Positions 59,496-64,000 of a stretch of DNA of 64,000 bases are shown here, piece by piece. Where the stretch lies: the NCBI GenBank assembly GCA_963774265.1, contig CAVZDU010000001.1, forward strand, positions 1,408,001 through 1,472,000, given 5' to 3'. This DNA is from an uncultured Chloroflexia bacterium. GTDB lineage: Bacteria; Chloroflexota; Anaerolineae; CG2-30-64-16. Each line of letters opens with the position of its first letter. Position 1 is the first letter of the stretch. Made by a program: the position numbers and the translations under genes. The notes beneath the pieces were generated by a model. That model was not told the DNA's origin and searched no databases. It saw nothing but the letters and a program-made list of their open reading frames with translations.

Positions 59496-61080
59496 AGCCC
59501 GCAATCTGTCGCTGAGCATCGGCACGCTGCCGCTGATTCACGAGGTGAGCCTCGAAATCTTACCCGGCGAGGTGTTGGGCGTCGCGGGTCAGAGTGGGGC
59601 AGGGAAGTCGGTGCTGGCGATGCTGCTTGCCGGTGTCCAGACACCCGATGCTGGTGAGCTTGTGTTTGCCGGACGACGGCTAGACTGGCCTTTCCGTGCT
59701 CGCAATCTTGGAATCGAAGTCGTTCACCAGCAACCGGAGATGGTTGAAGGGTTAGACATAACGGGCAACGTGTTCCTGGGAAACGAGTTGGGCTGGTCGC
59801 CGTGGGGCCGCTGGCTGCGCGTGCCCGACCGTCGACGCATGGACGTCGAAGCCGCGCGCATCCTTGCTGATCTGGGGATGCGGTATCATTCCCTGCGTGA
59901 ACGGGTGTCTAACCTGACGGGCGAGCAGCGGCAACTTATCGCCATTGCACGCGCAATGACGCATCCCGCCCGGCTCATCATTATTGACGACCCAGGTCTT
60001 TTGTTGAGCTATCCCTACCAACAGAAGTTGCTTTCGTTGATCCAGGCGTGGCGTAGCCAGGGCGCCGCCGTGCTCTACGGCAGCGACAATGTCGATCATC
60101 TCATGGCCGTCACCGATCGTATCCTGGTCCTCCGCCACGGCCGCTGCATCGCACAGCGCGTCACCGAGGAGACGGATCGCGAGCAGATCTTGGCCGCCTC
60201 GGTTGGTGCAGCGGACCAGCAGGAGTTGACGCCGATCATCTGGGCCCTGGACAGCTATTATCGGGCCAGGGAGCAGGCGGAGAAGCTCAGCAGCCGGCAG
60301 AAGGTGTTGGAGCGCGATCTTGGCGCACCGGAGTTGAACCGGCAGATCATCGACCAGTTGGCCGATCAGGTTAACGTGCTTGACCGGGCGAACGCGGCCC
60401 TACAGGAGGCACAACGCCGGCTGTTATCCGAGCTCGAGCTGGAGCGCAAGCGACTCGCCCGCGAGATCCACGACCAGGTCATCCAGGATCTGCTGGCGGT
60501 GGGCTATCAGCTGGAAGAGCTCGAGTCGGGCCCTGCCGTGACGCCCAGGCTCGAGGAAGAGCTGCAGAGCGTGCGGGCTGATGTGCGCAACGCGGTGAGC
60601 GACCTGCGCAACATCTGCGGCGAGTTGCGCCCGCCGACCATCGACAGCCTGGGGCTAGGACCGGCGCTGCAGTCCTTTGTGCACGAGTGGAGCAAGCGTA
60701 CCGGCATTGCAGTCAGCATGGTGCTCGACCCTAATCTGGGACGCCTGCCGGAGTCGACTGAGTTGTCGATCTTCCGCATCGTGCAGGAAGGGCTCAACAA
60801 CGTGCGCAAGCACGCCGCCGCGCAGCAGGTCGACATTCAGCTCAAGCATACCTCTCCTCGACGCCTCCTGCTCACCATCGCCGACGACGGCCGGGGCCTG
60901 GCTCCGGACTTTGATCCTTCGCAGCTGTCGGCCGAAGGACACTATGGGCTATCCAGTATCAGCGAGCGTGTGGCTCTCCTGGGCGGGCGTTGGAAGCTCC
61001 AGAACCGGCCCGAGGGGGGCGCACTCATCCAGGCCGAAATCCCACATCCGCGCATTGAGCCAACCTCCCCGGATAGCTGA
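59482..61080 (+). CDS. Degenerate ABC ATPase domain fused to a HisKA_3/HATPase_c histidine kinase; start uncertain
   Basis: EPLLKARNLS...GQSGAGKS; LTGEQ; IIIDDP; then ERKRLAREIHDQ, QEGLNNVRKHA, ADDGRG, HYGL. Confidence 0.88.
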   Translation, partial: EPLLKARNLSLSIGTLPLIHEVSLEILPGEVLGVAGQSGAGKSVLAMLLAGVQTPDAGELVFAGRRLDWPFRARNLGIEVVHQQPEMVEGLDITGNVFLGNELGWSPWGRWLRVPDRRRMDVEAARILADLGMRYHSLRERVSNLTGEQRQLIAIARAMTHPARLIIIDDPGLLLSYPYQQKLLSLIQAWRSQGAAVLYGSDNVDHLMAVTDRILVLRHGRCIAQRVTEETDREQILAASVGAADQQELTPIIWALDSYYRAREQAEKLSSRQKVLERDLGAPELNRQIIDQLADQVNVLDRANAALQEAQRRLLSELELERKRLAREIHDQVIQDLLAVGYQLEELESGPAVTPRLEEELQSVRADVRNAVSDLRNICGELRPPTIDSLGLGPALQSFVHEWSKRTGIAVSMVLDPNLGRLPESTELSIFRIVQEGLNNVRKHAAAQQVDIQLKHTSPRRLLLTIADDGRGLAPDFDPSQLSAEGHYGLSSISERVALLGGRWKLQNRPEGGALIQAEIPHPRIEPTSPDS

Positions 61081-61125
61081 GCTCACTGGACGGCGAGCGC
61101 GGCGTGCAGGCGCGGCGCCTGAGAT

Positions 61126-61212
61126 AGGGGTTCCCCCCATTTCGGTTGAGGCAAGTCCGACACAGCCAATCCAATTTTTGGACTGCACGCGTTTTGGTAA
61201 TCGTGTTATAAT
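61126..61212 (+). promoter_or_regulatory. Regulator box plus extended -10 promoter of the downstream sugar ABC operon
   Basis: AGGGGTTCCCCCC at 61126-61138; TGtTATAAT at 61204-61212; no good -35. Confidence 0.55.
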
Positions 61213-61300
61213 ACACTCTGTGGGTCATCCGCCACCGGATGTTGGCGGACAACTCTGTGGCCCACGCGCAAACCCCATATATTCAATAGGAGGATTGTCG

Positions 61301-62434
61301 ATGAAGTCCAAGTTCATGTTGATCGTCTCGCTGATTTTGATCGTGACCACGCTGTTTGGCTGCGGTGGTGCCGCGACGCCGGCGGCCGCCCCTGCCGCGC
61401 AGCAACCGGCCGCCGGTGGCGGAGGAGCAACCAAAGGGTCGGTCGGCGTCATCCTGCCGACCAAGGATGAGCCGCGCTGGCTGCAAGACCAGGCCGTCTT
61501 CCTCAAGGCCGGCTGGACCCCCCTGTTCAGCCAGGGTGACTCGGCCAAGGAAAAGGCCAACGTCGAGGCCTTGATCAGCCAGGGCATCAAAGTCCTGATC
61601 ATTTGCCCGCAGGATGCTGTCGCCGCAGCCGCGGCCGCATCGGCTGCCAAGGCCGCCGGCATCAAGGTCATTTCCTATGACCGCCTGATCCGCGACACCG
61701 ATGCCGTCGATTACTATGTGACGTTCGACAGCATGGCGGTGGGTGCGGCCTGGAGCGAGTACCTGATCAAGCAGGCCGGCGACACCAAGGGCAATCCGCT
61801 CTATCTGTATGCGGGTGCATCCACCGACAACAACGCCTTCATCTTCTTCGAAGGCGCCTGGGAGAAGATCCAGCCCAAGATCGCCGATGGCACCTTCGTC
61901 ATCAAGAACTCCAGCGAGGCCGTCGCTCTCCAGGCCAAGCCCACGCTGACCCGCGATGAAGAGGCCAAGATCATCGGTCAGGTCACCACCAACTGGGACT
62001 TCAATACCGCTAAGGGCCTCACCGAGGCTAACCTGACCAAGGCTACCGCTGCCGACAAGGGCACCGTCTACATCCTCGGCCCCAACGATGGCACCTCTCG
62101 CGCCATCGCTGACGCCTTCGCCTCGGACAAGGAGGTCAAGAAGTACTTCGTCACCGGTCAGGACGCCGAGAAGGCCTCCGTCCAGTACATCATCGACGGC
62201 AAGCAGTCGATGACCGTCTTCAAGGACGTCCGCACCCTGGCGGCCGACGCCGTCGCCGCGGCCAATGCCTTCCTCGCCGGTAAGACCCCGGAGAAGACAA
62301 CGACCTACAACAACGGTAAGATCGATGTTCCGGCGAAGCCGTCTGCGATCGTCACCGTCACCAAGGACAACGTCAAGGCAGCCTTGATCGACTCCGGCTA
62401 TTACCAGGCCGGCGACTTCACGGGCTTGCAGTAA
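61301..62434 (+). CDS. ChvE/XylF-type multiple-sugar-binding lipoprotein
   Basis: AGGAGG SD, lipobox LFGC, LPTKDEPRW, ISYDRLI, GPNDG, VTGQDAE, QSMTVFKD. Confidence 0.92.
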   Translation: MKSKFMLIVSLILIVTTLFGCGGAATPAAAPAAQQPAAGGGGATKGSVGVILPTKDEPRWLQDQAVFLKAGWTPLFSQGDSAKEKANVEALISQGIKVLIICPQDAVAAAAAASAAKAAGIKVISYDRLIRDTDAVDYYVTFDSMAVGAAWSEYLIKQAGDTKGNPLYLYAGASTDNNAFIFFEGAWEKIQPKIADGTFVIKNSSEAVALQAKPTLTRDEEAKIIGQVTTNWDFNTAKGLTEANLTKATAADKGTVYILGPNDGTSRAIADAFASDKEVKKYFVTGQDAEKASVQYIIDGKQSMTVFKDVRTLAADAVAAANAFLAGKTPEKTTTYNNGKIDVPAKPSAIVTVTKDNVKAALIDSGYYQAGDFTGLQ

Positions 62435-62442
62435 CAGATCGT

Positions 62443-62561
62443 CCTTCCCCCTCTCCCGCAACCCTGAGCGAAGCGAAGGGCCGGGAGAGGGGGAGGCAGC
62501 CCTACCGAGGCAGGGTTATTGCGAACGCACTCTGCGGCTGATTTGCGCAAGTCAGCCGCAG
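62443..62561. repeat. Two intergenic palindromes (REP-like/stabiliser)
   Basis: CCCCCTCTCCCG...CGGGAGAGGGGG enclosing CCCTGAGCGAAGCGAAGGG; CTGCGGCTGA-TTTGCGCAAG-TCAGCCGCAG. Confidence 0.55.
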
Positions 62562-62615
62562 TAGAACAGGGACAGAACTGGACCCTCATGTTTCACTTCG
62601 TCAGGAGTTAGCGCC

Positions 62616-64000
62616 ATGCCTGAACAACCTCCCATCCTAGAGATGAAGAACATTACCAAGACTTTCCCCGGCGTGAAAGCGTTGAGCGACGTAAGCTTTC
62701 AAGTCGCCGCGGGTGAGATTCACTGCCTAGTGGGCGAAAATGGCGCCGGTAAGTCCACCCTTATGAAGGTCCTTAGCGGGGTGTATCCGCATGGTACATA
62801 CGAGGGGGACATCCTTTTCAATGGGCAGGTGCAGAAGTTCTCGGGCATCGCCGACAGCGAGAAGGTCGGCATTGCCATCATCTATCAAGAGCTGGCACTG
62901 GTCCCCGAGATGACGGTCTACGAAAACATCTTCCTCGGCAATGAGATCAAGAGAGGCTTCACCGTCGACTGGAATGAGACCATCAAGCGGGCGACCGAAG
63001 CGATCAAGAAAGTAAAGCTTGACGTCAACCCGGGGACGAAGGTCAAGGATCTGGGCGTGGGCAAGCAGCAATTGATCGAGATTGCTAAGGCGCTGAGTAA
63101 GGATGTGAAATTGCTCATCCTGGATGAGCCGACGGCCGCCCTAAATGAGGATGACAGCGAGAACTTGTTGAACTTGATCCGTGAGCTGAAAGGGCACGGC
63201 GTCTCGTGCGTGATGATTTCGCACAAGCTGAAGGAAGTCATCGCGATTTCCGATACGGTCACAGTCCTGCGTGACGGCCAGACGATTCGCACCCTGGATG
63301 CTCACAAGGGCGAAGTGACCGAACCTGTGCTGATCAAGCACATGGTCGGCCGCGAAATCAACAATATCTACCCGCAACGGCGGCGCAGCCTGTTCAGTGC
63401 TACGGCCGCCGTCGTAGAGGAAGCCAATGCGGCCGGCGTAAAGGTCATATCGTATGACCGGCTGATCACCGACACCAAGGCGGTGGACTACTATGTGACC
63501 TTTGACACCCCTGCCGTCGGAGCACAGCAGGCGCGGTACCTGGTCGACCATGCGACGGGCAAGGGCAATCCTTTGTATCTATACGCTGGCGCCCCGACTG
63601 ACAACAACACTTTCTTCCTCTTGCAGGGCGCATGGGGTGTTTTGCAGCCCAAGATCGCCGACGGCACTTTCGTCATCAAGAATTCAAGCCAGGCTGTCAG
63701 CCTCCAGGGGAACGCCGTCCTGACGCGCGAGCAGCAGAACGCGATTGTTCGCCAGGTCACCACCAACTGGGACCCCCATACTGCCAGGAACCTGGCGCAA
63801 TCCAATCTGGCTCTTGCCAGCGCGGCCGACAAAAGCAATGTCTTTGTCCTCGCCCCTAACGACAACACCGCGCGCGCGATTGCCGATGTGTTCGCTGCCG
63901 ACCAGGACGTCAAGAGCTGCCTGATTACCGGCCAGGACGCCGAGGAGGCTTCCGCCCAATACATCAGGGACGGCAAGCAGTCCATGACAGTCTTCAAAGA
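62616..64000 (+). CDS. XylG/GguA-type ABC ATPase (first NBD) fused in frame to a ChvE-like binding-protein domain; 3'-truncated by window
   Basis: [30 protein letters not shown], then without a stop ...[13 protein letters not shown]...APNDN...TGQDAE...QSMTVFK. Confidence 0.8.
   Translation, partial: MPEQPPILEMKNITKTFPGVKALSDVSFQVAAGEIHCLVGENGAGKSTLMKVLSGVYPHGTYEGDILFNGQVQKFSGIADSEKVGIAIIYQELALVPEMTVYENIFLGNEIKRGFTVDWNETIKRATEAIKKVKLDVNPGTKVKDLGVGKQQLIEIAKALSKDVKLLILDEPTAALNEDDSENLLNLIRELKGHGVSCVMISHKLKEVIAISDTVTVLRDGQTIRTLDAHKGEVTEPVLIKHMVGREINNIYPQRRRSLFSATAAVVEEANAAGVKVISYDRLITDTKAVDYYVTFDTPAVGAQQARYLVDHATGKGNPLYLYAGAPTDNNTFFLLQGAWGVLQPKIADGTFVIKNSSQAVSLQGNAVLTREQQNAIVRQVTTNWDPHTARNLAQSNLALASAADKSNVFVLAPNDNTARAIADVFAADQDVKSCLITGQDAEEASAQYIRDGKQSMTVFK

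Noticed and set aside
60677-61300. 208-aa N-terminal extension of the ChvE-like SBP in the ORF track
   Set aside because: Overlaps the kinase gene; SD, signal peptide and promoter place the start at 61301

Overview
GC-rich bacterial chromosomal segment. The gene content resembles Chloroflexota/Anaerolineae (inferred). No prophage, IS or CRISPR was seen. In order: maltodextrin-type ABC operon with GH13 and GH31; S1-domain protein, ftsK, tRNA-Val, selA; DUF126 (aconitase X small subunit) with isopentenyl phosphate kinase; rseP; envelope genes; a probable 6S RNA; an ECF sigma/anti-sigma/ABC operon; xseAB; an isobutyryl-CoA-mutase-like operon; aconitase X large subunit; ABC-F-coaE-dnaJ-prmA-rsmE-trxB; and a sugar sensing/uptake locus. 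About ten genes-level single-base frameshifts between 4 and 30 kb look like consensus errors. Main highlights: (1) a sugar-ABC-derived sensory system with binding protein, permease, a degenerate ABC ATPase fused to a NarL-type histidine kinase and a REC-HTH-REC regulator. A GGGG-N4-CCCC box lies exactly 80 bp upstream of TATAAT at both the regulator promoter and the downstream transporter promoter. (2) A three-domain DsbA lipoprotein split by two in-frame UGA codons (UPYC motifs), each followed by a covarying hairpin, i.e. a probable two-selenocysteine protein. (3) Two families of 21-bp hairpin repeats inserted in frame into housekeeping proteins, nearly all in one chromosomal orientation. (4) Archaeal-type mevalonate pathway genes. 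(5) An ABC ATPase fused in frame to a sugar-binding-protein domain at the right edge.
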